Below, piece by piece: positions 1 to 12,899 of a stretch of 64,000 nt of DNA (its first letter is position 1; every line of letters starts with the position of its first letter). This stretch comes from Sphaerodactylus townsendi (lineage: Eukaryota), in NCBI RefSeq assembly GCF_021028975.2, contig NC_059433.1, forward strand, positions 41,540,001-41,604,000, read 5' to 3'. Both the position numbers and the translations under genes were made by a program. The notes below the pieces were generated by a model that ran no database searches, was not told the DNA's origin, and worked only from the letters and a program-made list of their open reading frames with translations.

Positions 1-980
1 ACATTTGCACAACAACCATTGTGTAAAGTAGTAGTTCTTTTTGGATATTGAACCTACTTCCTACCATGAGATGTGGGGATAGCCACAGGCATACATGATT
101 TTTGAACGGGGTTGGACAAATTTATGGAAAATATGTATGTTGTAACCTGGAGATGTGAGGTTCTTTGAAGCTCACTAGGGGAGGGGGGTATTCCTTGGGT
201 CTCTGACAGCTGCTTGCATTCCCAAGAAAGAGAGACACAAAATCCACCAAGAGGTCAGAGAAACATAGAAGCATTTATGAAGAGATATAGATATTTGCTT
301 TGCCTGCCAAGAAGGGCAAGATGGACAGCTGTTGTAAAACATAATATGGTTACTGAGAAGTGTGGAACACATGCCTTGGACTGACTGGGAGGTCTTCTAA
401 TAGTTCCCTAACTCCTAATCTGCAGGTGAGGTTTAACTTCTCAAACAGGGTCTTTCCCCAATCAAACCAGCTCCTTTGAGTTGCTTTTAGCTCACACATG
501 GGAGAAAAGACTTTGATTGGAGAAACAGTGCAAGGTGCAAGGGAAGAGGTTCAGCACCTTCCATACTGATGGCCCACCATAGCTGCTTTTAAATACTAAA
601 TTAACCACCGGGGGATCCAATCACAGATCTTCAATGTAACATATAATTTGTCCCTTATTCTGAACAATGAAATGCTTACTTCAGGGGCAGGCAATCTGCC
701 AGCTCATATCTAACAGTAGAATGTTATCCCGAGACAGACTCAAAAATGAGCAGAGAGCTAACCTTGGTTTAAATAAAATATTGACAGTAACCTCCCAAAT
801 CATTGGGGTTTTTTTTTTACTGCCATGAAATTAACCAATTTTTACTCCAGAGACATCAAAATATGGGGGACACTAAACTTTATAGTGGTGCTGGCATGAA
901 TTCTAAAAATTCAGATGAAGAGTTCTATTTGAAGCAGCCATAAGAGGAGAGAATATTAAGTGATGAAGAACGAACTTACC

Positions 981-1723
981 CCGATTTCTAGACATTGGTA
1001 ATACTGAAAAATTAATAGACAGTTGGAAAGATATAAAGATTGAGAAATATATGGAGTTAGAAAGAAAAGTGATATTAAAATGGTATAGAACACCAAAACA
1101 ACTAGCATATATGATAAAAGGACTTAGTTCTAAATGCTGGCACTGTGGAGACCAAGAGGCATATTATAGCCATATGTGGATAGAATGTGCAGAAGTGAAA
1201 AATTTTTGGACAACTGTATTAATATATATCGAGAAACTGGTGAAGATAAATATTGATTTAAATAATGACTTAATGTTCATGGATGTAATGGAAGACAGAA
1301 GGGTGGATAAACAATATAGCTATGTGTATAAAATAATGATTAAAGCAGTCCATGCAACAATAGCCTTGGGCTGGAAAAAAAAGAAAAAATGGACATTTCA
1401 GAAATGGTTAGAATATAACTGGGAACAAGTGACACTTGATATTTTCGATATACTAACCAAAAATAAGACTTGGCAAGATAAACAGAATGAAATTTGGAAG
1501 ATATGGATAATATACGTGGACTGAATGAAAGAAGCTCGAGCCAATGAAGAAATATGGGAGAAGAGGCTACAGAGAATGAACTTACTGCTGTTTGTGTGAC
1601 AAAACTATGAAGAAGTAATAGGGGGAGGGAGAAAAGGGGGGGAAAGTATTGTTTGAAAATGTATGAAGAAGGAAATTACTATAAACTGTATAATTCAAAT
1701 GATACAATTAATTTTTTTTTAAA
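981..1723 (+). mobile_element. 5'-truncated L1-clade LINE (ORF2 C-terminus plus 3' UTR) with 15-bp TSD AAGAACGAACTTACC (966-980 and 1724-1738)
   Basis: Frame open from 982 with a CCHC knuckle (CWHCGDQEAYYSHMWIEC), one in-frame TGA at 1522 and a terminal stop at 1597-1599; G-rich 3' UTR; exact flanking direct repeat. Confidence 0.85.
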
Positions 1724-1737
1724 AAGAACGAACTTAC

Positions 1738-1837
1738 CGACACAATCACAGCATTCATCCCAAAGCATGCCTAGACAAAGCATGCACTCCTTACAACATG
1801 AACAGTTTCCTTCACCTGGTCGGCACTGACATAGCTC
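1738..1837 (-). CDS. TWSG1: TWSG1 second coding exon, 100 nt
   Basis: ttctag|GAG CTA TGT CAG ... GTC G|gtaagt; [18 protein letters not shown]. Confidence 0.96.
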
Positions 1838-4800
1838 CTAGAAGCACATCATAGCATGTTAAAATTTCCTATGTGTAAGATACTAATCAAGATGAACATT
1901 TTAAAATCCAATTAACTAGCAATTTCAATTCTTGATCAATAAAGACTGGTCTTGCACAGAAGTCCCAAATAGTAATTAATGCTGAGCAGGTGCATACATT
2001 CTTACACTTCAAAATGAAAGTTGTCTCCCCCAGGAGTCATAATTTGATTCACAAACTATGTAGTTGAGCACAGCCACATAAAGGCATCCATCTAAATGTA
2101 AGCCTGAGTAATGAATTGTGGATCATATTTCTCCCCAACCCAAATTAAATCAGGATACTGCTGGTTCCTATACTATACTACATGATAGCCAGAAAGGGAT
2201 AAATAGCAGTAAAAGGGATTTAACATTTGTATCTTTCAATGTCTATGCAAAAGGTAAAACATGAATCAATTTTCCAAATGTAATCAGAAATATGGCTTTA
2301 AGGTATTGGAGACATCTGAAAACCTTTGTTCTCATCACAATTTAATGTGTGAAGAGTGAGAGCAGAAAATTTATTTTTGTAAATGTTAATGGTTTTTAAA
2401 AACTTTGCAGCACATTTGTGTATAAAATTTTAAACACTCAGTCGTAAAATATTCTTTACAAATATCACAGTACTTTATCAACAGAATTTTTATAACCAAT
2501 ATACAAATTACCAAGAAATTACAACTTTACTGCAAACAGCCTTTAACTTGGAATGATATGCTTTGGTTCAAGTATAACAAATGTGAAACGGTCAAATTTA
2601 TATTTCATAATTTTAACAGCCTGAGTTCTTAGGAGAAAGATATAACTTAAGGTTGCAACAGAGGCGTAGCTGCCCCCCCAGGTGTGCACCCTCTGGCCCC
2701 CCCGCCTCTGGGTTATAATGACTAACAAGGTTCACAGTGGAATGATAACCTGTTCTTACTTTCTTAAATAAAAAAATAAAGGATTGTATATAATAGGGCT
2801 GCAGTTGTTAGTTGTACTGAGATAGGAGGGAACTGTGTCTGTGTGATGGCTAAGCTTGATTCTTGCCTCAACAATATTCCCGCTGAGGGCAACGAGAGTC
2901 ATGCATGGCAGAAAATAAAGGAATGCAATTGAGGACCTCTTTGCATCAGAGTTTCATCTCTTTGCATCAGAGGACAAAGATAAATTTTGTCCCTACTTCA
3001 GTTATATTCCCAACTGCAATCTGGGAATTAGTGCACCGTTAACTTTATACCCATCAGGATACCTTATTTCATCCATGCCACAGTGGTCTTCTAGTACATG
3101 CATCCAGAAAGAAGAGGGGGTTGTGCCACTATATTTAACTCACTGATTCTGACCCGCACAGTAATACATTTAGTTGGGGGAAACACACACACACTGGTGG
3201 AATTACAAGGCTACTCATTTTAACCTGCAAATGTTGCATTACTCAGTGAATACACAAAGTGGGAGGAACAGAGAACACAGTAATCAAACAGACAGAAACT
3301 GCACCTAAATTTTAAAGTCAAAATACTGCATGTTAACAAAACAATAGTAATGAACTAAAAATAACTCCAAACATAAAGAAGTGTGACCGGTGATAGCTGT
3401 GCCTAAAAAGCTAACATCCAAATAATCTACTAAATGACAAGGTGAGGGGACAGCTCCCTCCCATTGCAAATTCTCACACTGCTCAAAGCAACAGTGAGGT
3501 AATCAAAGCATACCAAAGCGTCAAAAGTGCTCACAATTTGAATCAAAAGCAACTGGATAACATTGGATAACATTGTGAAAACTCATAAACATAACAAAGA
3601 TCAAACAGTTCATTACTATTGTTTTGTTAACATGCAATCTTTTGCCTTTAAAATTTAAGTAGTTTCTGTCTGATTACTACACTGAATTACTGCCTAAGGA
3701 GTAAATTTCACAATACTCTGTGAGATTTAATTCTCAGCAAACATGGAAAACTCTGAGCAGTGTACCTCGCAAATACTGTACCCACCAAGAAGTTATGACA
3801 AATAATTGCTTACATTTCTCAAAGGATGATGGAAAAGGAAAAATGAGAGAATAGCCACATGTCCATGAAGAGATTATGATTTAGGAAATATTATTTTTGA
3901 CGGTACACTGCTAAGTGAATTTGTGTTGGTTCATATACAATACTATGAACTTTTTTCCCCAGCAGGAAAACTAAACTCTGTTGCATCAGCTGTTACTGCT
4001 GTGAAATAGTCACTTATTGCTGTCTGCGTTTAAAATGATAGATTGTCCACAATCTATATGTTACAGTTTGGGTTTTACCACTTGCAGCACTAAGCATACA
4101 TGCAGATTGCCAAGAACTTTATGGAACTCAAAGATCTCAGGAAAGGTGACATGACAAGCAGGCGACATGACCTATCCAGCAAGACAGCACAAGTGAAGTT
4201 TGTCACAAGACATTTAACTGTAGATCTCACTCACATCTGCTACAGAGCTGCTAAAATAAATATTTACACCTTTCTGCATTCTGTCAGGAAAAGCACAATG
4301 CATGCAAACCCTTACATCTATATGGGTAAAAACAAAATCTAATCAAACATGTCTCACTAAACTTACATTTTTCTAGCTGTTTACTACTGTATTGATCTTT
4401 AAATAAATGTATCACTCATGATCTATAGGGAGTTAGTTATCCTTAAGTACCACTTAAACTAGTGGACAAGTTAATCATGACTAAAGTTATGTTTCATCAG
4501 TTTCATGAAGACTTGAGCCCAGTAAGTGTATCTAACATTTCGTAAGTATAATTTTGTTATGCAGCATTCCTGTGTCCAGTACCAAAGTTAAATATACACA
4601 AGCATGGATTGTCACACATTACATCTACGTTATTTGTGAGAGCTCTTGCAGTTTAAGAACAGATTATTGTCGGTCCGCCCAATCAACAGCCCAAGGTGCC
4701 AGGGACATGCACCACTGTTACGCCACCCTTCCACTGGCATGGGAAGGCAGAAAAAAAACTGCTGCCACCAGAAAGTCCTCCATAGGGCTAAATTATGCCA

Positions 4801-7800
4801 CCTAAAAGGGTGGCATAAGTCTGAGCTTTGGACTGTGGCATATCTGGCAGAAAAGCCAGGCTGGATGCCAGTGTAGCTCCACAGTGCCCCCAACTTCTGG
4901 GTCCTGCCACTCCGGAGCTGAAGGGTAACCAGCCACTGGTGCCTTTGCCCCTTCACTGGTGGGAATGCCCCATGCACAGATAAAGGGGGCAAATAGTGCA
5001 ACTCTACACTGGCCCTATGACTCAATTTGTCCTCCCATAGGATTGCACTGTCAGTGTCTTAATTAACTGATTATCATCTCAGAAGCATCTCAGTATTCTG
5101 CTCCGAATTTAATGGGATTCTATTGCATTTTGAAAAGACATTTTGAAGCGTATTGCTATCAATGTGTCCTCAGCAACTTCCTCTTACTTAAGAAAAGTAC
5201 AGAAAATTACAATAGTGAACTAAAATCTTTATATGTAAAAAGGAAAAGGAAGGTTGAAAATCATTAACTGAAGAATGTTTCATATACCTGTATCCAGTGT
5301 GGTTCTGTAAGGGTTAACATTAGTAGCAGATCAAGGTGTGGGGCAAATTTTGGTTTAGTCACATAGAAAATGGGCAAAGAACCCAAATTAAACTATAACA
5401 GGTTCATGCTGGTAAGATGCCAAACCTTTTTCCCACCTGTGATTTACTTCCCTGCAAAACTCTCTGCTGTGATTTTTCCCACTCAAGCTTGATACAGGAA
5501 GTGAACCCTGGGGACAGATTGCAAAGGGATAAGTCATCTGCAGAGAGCAATCAGTCCTGCTTTGCACTTCTGTCTTTAAATTGGTCTCCTCCACCCAACC
5601 TTTCTATGTGATTGCGGCAGATCTGGGTTTAAACACACAGGTCGACTGTGACTCAACACAAAGCGTATCTAGGCATGCTTATGAATTTACTGAACTTCTG
5701 TATTAGTATTCAAGTTCCTCAGCAGAATTACACCCTTCTAAGGCCACTGGGTGTGTGATGACACTCTGTCCAGAAGAAACTTCATTACTGACAACAACGT
5801 TTCAGTAAAAATACAGAAGCAACTACAGCTCTCCTTTCTCTGATCCACAGGTGACTGATGCCACAAATCAGAATTAAAATGATGTTTTCTGCTATAAACC
5901 CGACAAGTTTATATATAAAGTTGGTTTACATGGAAACGTGTGAAATTGTTAGAATTGCTTTCTAATCCTATAATAAAGAAAAACAAATGTGTCACAAACA
6001 GGAGAATTTTGCTTTTACTCCTCAGCATCACAAATGAAATCTTGAAGATTCTCAGCCTCTCAAGTTGGTTAATGACCTTAAATCCTGCTCAAAACTAGAG
6101 GTGTACAGACATGTTTATAGTGGAATGGAGAGAGAGAAAAATGAGAATAAGCAGGACTGAAAGAACAGTAATTAAATTATGGTAATAATGCTTAGCAAAC
6201 TTGGCATGGGCCTGAGAATAGCAGGGCTTAGTCAGGCTGCTGGTACTCCACTGGGAACAGAGCAGTATGATGTTGAAGCCAAATTAAGTAAATGCCTCTT
6301 GCCTTTAATCAGACCCCTGTGGGCAGTCTGTGTGCCAAAACAAAAGCCTTCAAGACAGAGACGTGAAGGATTAGAGGGAAAAAATGGAAAGGGGGGGGGG
6401 GGAATCACAGACTATTTTTACTTTTTTTTCTTTTGGAAACATTGGGAATGTTGGGGGAAACTGAAAAAAAATTCTCAAGAAAAAGGTTCCTTTTAAAACA
6501 TGAGTGAAGCACTTTTTAAGTAGGTTTTTTAATATTTTACTTGCTTTTTACTCTCTCAAAACTTTTTCTAATAACTACATTAGACAAGTCCCTACGTCCT
6601 GCAGACATGGAGAGCTTTCAAACTTATCTTCTTCAGCATGTGAAAGAAGCTGGTCCATGACAGAAAAAGTGCACAAGATTAGAGAAGAACAGATGCCCAT
6701 CAGAAACTTATTCTGATGGAAAGAAATTTGAACATAGAATTTTGAAGGATATTATAGGACAGTGGTGGCAAACCTTTGGCACTCCAGATGTTATGGACTA
6801 CAACTCCCATCAGCCCTTGCCAGCATGGCCAATTGGCCATACTGGCAGGGGCTGACGGGAGTTGTAGTCCATAACATCTGGAGTGCCAAAGGTTCGCCAC
6901 CATGGTTATAGGATATAGAGTGAAAATATGTTAACCAACATGGTTGGGGAACTGGGACGGCTGGTGAACTGCCTGCTCCTCTATAGCCTGAGGCCAGGCT
7001 GAGGCGGAAATTGTCTTGATGGTCTCCTGGCTGTGGGAATCACCTTAGGTAGCAGCAGCTGAACTAGGCAGCATTAGGGATCATTTCCATGGCTAGTATG
7101 CCCAGCCCCAATAATGGCAAACGTGTGTGTGGCAGGGTTGCACAGCTCACCAGCAGTATTGGAGGGGGGGAGGGGGGTTGCATGACACATGTTCCAACTA
7201 TGGCCAGAATGCACCTCCCATGTCTCTCCATCCAAATGCCTCCTCCCACACTGTCACACAGCTGCGTGGTGGGCCATCATTCATTCATTCATTCATTCAT
7301 TCATTCATTCATTCATTCATTCATTCATTCATTCATTCATTCATTCATTCATTCATTCATTCATTCTGCCCACCCCTGAAGGGCTCTGGGCGGTGTACAG
7401 AAAATAAAACTTAAAACCTCAAATCACACAATTAAAACCAAGTTAATTAAATACAAAACAACAAACCAGAAAATCCTAACTTCAGATGGCGACTCAAGGA
7501 GACCTCCTATCCCCCAGGGAGAAGATCGGCACAGCACAAGCAGCTGGTGTGATGGTATGTGGGAGCAGGATGCATTCTGGCCCTTTAAATCCTTGCCCAC
7601 CACACTGTCTATCTGTGGTCTGACCCCTTAAATTCCTGCCCACCACACTCCACTGTGGTGTGCTGACCCATCAGAGCATGCACTATACCCTGTTCCACAT
7701 AAAGACCCAAGTAAAACTGTAACTTCATCCACCATTTCCTCCTGCCCCCCTCTCAACATGCTCTACACCCCCCACTCGTCGCAGCCTGGTCTGGATTAGA

Positions 7801-10361
7801 TGGCGAGTGGGGTGCATGGAGCATGTGGAGTGGGGGTCACGAGGAAATGGTGGATGAAGTTACTATTTTACTTATGTCTTTATGTGGAACAGGGTATAGT
7901 GGCCAGTGTGCCAGTTAACTGGGCTTGTACTGAATTATTTAAATAGCATGCTGAAGAGTTTCATGTGGCTAATTGGATCTTAGTATAACACTTAATATGT
8001 TAAATTAAGATAAATGATCAATATCATGTATTTTCCAGTCTATGGAAGGCGAATCATGCCCCGTACAGCAGTGATTCAGATTAAGCTCACAGAAGAACAG
8101 GAGAGGTGATGCAGTTCTTCAACTCTCATTTTAAGTAATTAAAGAAGTTGGGTGCTGTGTGGTTTCCGGGCTGTATGGCCGTGTTCTAGAAGCATTCTCT
8201 CCTGACGTTTCGCCTGCATCTGTGGCTGGCATCTTCAGAGGATCCTCTGAAGATGCCAGCCACAGATGCAGGCGAAACGTCAGGAGAGAATGCTGCTAGA
8301 ACACGGCCATACAGCCCGGAAACCACACAGCACCCCAGTGATTCCGGCCGTGGAAGCCTTCGACAATAAATTAAAGCAAGGTTCAAAATGTCCAGAAATC
8401 GTAACTCTCTTCTTGGAATATTCCTAAGATATCAAATTCTAGATATTCTAATTATTCTTATATCTAAATACCTGTATGTTGCACGAGAACAATTTGCAAT
8501 GCAATAATACATATAGAACTGTATGTTTGAAGGTTGTGAAGAACTACAAAACAGAAGGCAAAAAGACTTTGGGCTTCATCTGTGAGCTCTTACTGGGAAG
8601 CAAATCATGTTAAAAACCTGGTGGGGCTGTTTAACATAGTGGACTTTAGGCAGGAGATGGCTTCATATTGCCCGAGGAGCCCCTTCCTCCTGGCGCCATC
8701 AAGGAATACTTAAAGCAAATTAGTTTCCCAAGTCATGACTCCCAAACTGAGGCTGCATTTAAACAACGGCCACGAAAATCTATCCATGAAGCAGAAATGT
8801 TGCTGAATCACTGAAGTTCCAAGTCATTCTTAGTAAGATCGCTAGAATCTCTCCATACTAGTATCTCCCCACACTTAGTAAGATTATTAATATCTCCCAC
8901 ACTTGGCAGTCTTCAAGCAGGAACTAGACTCACATTTGCCAGGGATGCTTTAGGCTGATCCTGCATTCAGCAGGGGGTTAGACCAGATGGCCTGTATGGC
9001 CCCTTCTAGCTCTATGATTCTATGATTCACACTCTCCACCATTATGAGACACAATTATGGCTCCATTATCAGGATGGAAACTGATGTCCTCTTATTATTT
9101 TTCTTGTATGTGTTTTCAACAAGAACAAGCTAAACAAGTTTTCCTAGTTTAGCTTCTATATCTACTTGCATATAAACACAGGTACAGGCTCCAGTCAACA
9201 TATTCTCACACACAACAGTGTACTTTGTGCTGACTGTTTTGTACAAGGGTTTCTTTTACCCACCTCTCACCATTGTATTACATGGATGATGTTTCCAGCT
9301 TCACTGTCCAGTGATGAAGGGAAATGATGGTGCCTGTTTTCAGGCCCCCCCCCCCCCCACACCTTTCAGGGTTAATTATATGCCTAATCTTCAATACTGA
9401 CTACTTCATCTCCAAGTGAGCAGAATATTTCAAGAATTTCAGTTATATCCCTCTTCCCACAAACATTTATACTTTTATGCCAGAAATCTAGAGACAAGGT
9501 GACCATTGTTTAAGAGAGCAAAACATGCCTCCAATTAAAGCTGATAATATATCAGTGATGTCCTGAAATATTTTTCCAAGAGCAAGCCCCATACAGTAGA
9601 TTTTAATAGGATTCCAGGTAAACCCTATATCTATGTCCACTCTCTATGTTAGTGATTCCCAACCAGGGTTCCGTGGTACCCTGGGGTGCCGTGTGCATGT
9701 CCCAGGGGTACCGCAGCAATGCTACCGGCCAACCTCACTTTTGTGATGTCTCCCGCCAGCACCAGCAAGGATATGGATTTGGCCTAGGGGGCAGGGTCTG
9801 CCCTAAGGTCAGCAGCTACTTCCCACCCACCCCACACGCTTCCCTTCACCCTGGGAGGGGAAGGTGGAAGGTGGCAAGCAGGGGAACTGGGAGGGGAAGG
9901 TGGGGGGAGGATGGCAGGGGTACCATGAGATATGAAGAGTGAGGTCAAGGGTACCGTGATGTCGAAAAGGTTGGAAAACATTGGTCTATGTCTTACAAGT
10001 ATCTTATTAACCTTATTTGTTATAAGATGCAGAAAATGCTTATGAATTAAAAGTCACACACTGATGTGCTTTAAAAGAAAGATATAAACAAAGGTTCCCG
10101 GGGTTTTTAAATGTATAACCTATGCAAAATCCTGGTTTCAGCTTCACTGTTTATTCACAAAAACAAAAGCCAAACTCTTGGCCCTGATTTTCCTATTGGT
10201 TAATCACTCACACAAACAGCAAGGAAGGTTTCTCATACCTGTATTAAGCATTTACTGACATCACTGGCACACAGAGCCTTGTTGCAGCACATTGATGGTT
10301 GGACTGAGAAAAACAACATCACGCTAACTAATGCTGGTATAGTGCTGTACCACAACTTCAT
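1738..10361 (-). CDS. TWSG1: Twisted gastrulation BMP signalling modulator 1, 3'-partial; coding exons 10239-10361 and 1738-1837
   Basis: [41 protein letters not shown]|[33 protein letters not shown]: signal peptide plus the Tsg Cys-rich domain; canonical splice sites; lies downstream of ANKRD12 as in mammals. Confidence 0.96.
3236..3693. mobile_element. MITE-like element with long imperfect inverted termini
   Basis: 3280-3356 (gtaatcaaacagacagaaact...aatagtaatgaact) is the approximate reverse complement of 3607-3677. Confidence 0.5.
6760..6905. mobile_element. Palindromic non-autonomous hAT MITE, 8-bp TSD TTATAGGA
   Basis: CAGTGGTGGC... termini, 146-bp near-perfect hairpin, TSD at 6752-6759 and 6906-6913. 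Confidence 0.9.
7277..7365. repeat. (TTCA)n microsatellite, probably the tail of a minus-strand L2-type 3' end (7366 to about 7500)
   Basis: About 22 tandem TTCA units followed by gcccacccctgaagggctctgggcgg, similar to the L2 3' end at about 23390. Confidence 0.85.
7681..7901. mobile_element. About 220-bp palindromic MITE-like hairpin
   Basis: cactataccctgttccacataaagac ... gtctttatgtggaacagggtatagtg; the arms pair over roughly 95 bp. Confidence 0.7.
8148..8368. mobile_element. Penelope-like (PLE) pseudo-LTR inverted-repeat insertion, copy 1
   Basis: Near-perfect palindrome centred on GGATCC (8240-8245), plus a 3' tail gtgattccggccgtggaagccttcgacaat shared with the copies at 15.0 and 55.9 kb. 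Confidence 0.8.
8243..8285 (+). ncRNA. Minimal type-I hammerhead ribozyme motif (mirror copy on the minus strand at 8200-8242)
   Basis: TCCT-CTGAAGA-T-GCC...GGC-GAAA-C-GTC-AGGA: stem I, CUGANGA box, stem II, GAAA box, minimal stem III and GUC cleavage triplet. Confidence 0.7.
8895..9028 (+). mobile_element. CR1 LINE 3' end fragment
   Basis: ...gcagggggttagaccagatggcc...ctatgattctatgattc terminal repeat. Confidence 0.75.
9650..9983. mobile_element. hAT (Charlie-type) MITE, TSD (c/g)TCTATGT
   Basis: Termini tagtgattcccaacc / ggttggaaaacattg; 7 of 8 TSD bases match (9642-9649 and 9984-9991). Confidence 0.75.
10239..10361 (-). CDS. TWSG1: TWSG1 first coding exon, 123 nt CDS (exon begins at about 10402 with 5' UTR)
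   Basis: ATG at 10361-10359; acceptor cttctctcag|TG at 10402; donor CAG|gtatga; [16 protein letters not shown]. Confidence 0.96.
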
Positions 10362-12899
10362 GTTCCTTGTGGACAGGAAATTCCTGGGACCTCCAGATGG
10401 CACTGAGAGAAGAAGCATTACATGGAGACAGAGGCAGAAGTTTAGATTCTTTCATCTGTAGCACATAGTTTTTATAGTTTTTGCTTCTGTGGATCTTCTA
10501 TCTTCAGCTGTATGTATGGCAAAAACAGAAGCCCTGGAATAGGTCAGCTTACTATTTTTCTGTAGACATTAAACCTACATAAAGCTTGACAATTTCAATT
10601 TTAATTAGGGTATCAGAGCATTCACTTGCATGAGAATTGGCAACAGCTAAGATAAATGCATTGTGATTAAATACAGTATTTTGATTGGTTAGCAATACAG
10701 ACAAAGCCAACAAGGAAGTTGTTGTAAAGATTAGTCTCTAATTATATAAATAAATGCAAACATGTTTTAACACAACCCCAAAGTGTTTCAACATCACCTG
10801 TCTAGATATATTCATTTAAACTTTTGAATAAGCTTTTGAACAAGGAACTGGATGGGTGTCATGTGTAGATGCACAGCATATTGAGATTTAATATTACAAT
10901 GCACCTTGCTGTGAATAGAATAATTTTATGAAGTCCATTTTCTGCATGTGCCAGTTATCCATTTGTACTGCATACTCAGTCCTATCACTCCTATTTTTGG
11001 CTCCAAAATCATACTGCCAAGTGACACAGTCTAAAAACAGCAGGGGGCTTACTTGTGACAGGCACCTGGAAAGTTTTTCCTTGACAACAAACCAATACCT
11101 TTTACAACTCCTATTTGCCACCTTCTGGATGTTGGCAACACTTCACTGGTCAAAACTATGTAGGATTTGGAGCTCACTGAAGAAATCTGGAAGGTTGAAA
11201 TGACCTATTCCTTTTGAGGCTCTCCCCACAGTTTTTAAGCCTAGCTTTTCTGAACCAAAGGAATTTTGCCTAAACCAAGAAGTGTCTCAAAGAGTGACAT
11301 CTGGATGCTTTAGAAGAATTTTATTCCTCATTGTGTTTATAATAATGTGTAATTCCTCAACAGCCCATTCCAGTTTCCAGCAATCTAATGTGTTGGGAAA
11401 TGAAGAGAATGTACAGCATGATCATTTTTGCTATACTCTGTCTCACCAGAAGATCTCAGGAAATGCTGAATTATTTCCTGGATCCCCTTCCTTGTAGAAT
11501 GCTCCCATTGGGCCCTAGTGCCCCTCAGGCCCAAACACCAAGCCGGGCCAACCGCAGCGCAGCAAGTCTCCGCTTTCCTGCCGGGCCCGGCAACAGCTTC
11601 CCCATTTCCTCTCTCCTCCTGGCCCAAGCACCAAACTGTGGCCACCCCCCCTTCCCACAACTCATTCCACAGCCATATCTTGGCCACCTGCTCCCTCCCT
11701 CCCCGCCTTGCTCACCCACCACCTTGCTCTGCTGCCTCATTCTCATGCCACCTCGCTCTCTTGCTGCTTTGCTCTCCTGTTGCCCGCTAACTGGCTCTAT
11801 CACCTGCTCATAGTCCTTTGGGACTATTTTCTACAGTGGAAGCAAGCACTCCCACTGCACCACTAACAACTGCACTTTTATCTTTCTGTGCGACAGAGTG
11901 TAACAACCATTTCAAGCCAGTGCACTGTAGTGGTTGGACTAGGATCTGGCAGACCCCATTCTGCTAAGAAAGTTCACTGGGTGATTTGGGGTCCATCACA
12001 TAGTCTCAGGTGCAACCTACTTCAAAAGGTTGTTTTGTTGGGATAAGATGAAGGAAAGGAAAATAGTGTAAATACCTTTGGCAGAAAGGTGAGGTACAAA
12101 TGAAATAAAAACTAAAATAAAATAATGTTTGGATTTGAGAAATCCATTTGTACAGTTGGCTGTGATGCACAGCTTTCTTGCTGGTTTGCTGATCTGAACT
12201 CACCTCCTTAGAGGGGCTGAAAACTTTTCAGGATCTGGCACGAATACCCAGAAAATCTTCAGTGAAATATACCAAACGAGCAAGTTGCAATCAGAAAGGT
12301 CTCCTGAAAGTTTCTAATATTCATTTGAATCAGTGCTCCCAATTTTATAAGTAGGTGCTTCTTCAACATTAAAAACAACACTCCTGTGAACACTGTGTCT
12401 GTCCAAAAGTTATTTCTACAAATTTCACCCACAACAGATACGCAATTTTACTTTTCACTCACTTCATAGCAGCTCAGAATGAAAGCAACATGCTCCAGGG
12501 ACTTAAGTGAACATGTTAAAACTAGCAAATCCCACCTGAACGTTCACAACCCCACATCTTTGTCACGGATCCTTGGGCTGACAATCGGCCCTGGAAAATT
12601 TCTTGAGGATGTTGAAGCTTTTCCTCCAGGGAAAAGGCAGCTGTATCAGGCAAAAGGTATAAACCAGTGCCAAGAAAGACCAAAAAGGTTTCCCAGCCCG
12701 TGAAACCAGTAAGGCAAGTTTGGCGAGAGGATTTGCAGAAAAGCGGCGAAGGGTCTGCACTCATCCCCACGATTACGCCTAACATAAAGTACGCACTGAA
12801 AGATGGCCATTCCGGCATCAAAAGGTTTCTGTTCCAGACAAGAGGAAGGACCTCAAACAAAATCCCGTTCCCCCAAAATGCTGGAACAAGCCTATCAAA

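Noticed and set aside
1051-1524. 157-aa ORF as a novel zinc-finger gene
   Set aside because: It is the C-terminus of a truncated L1 ORF2, with a TSD and a premature stop.
7089-7414. ORFs with (HSFI)n repeats
   Set aside because: Translation of a (TTCA)n microsatellite.
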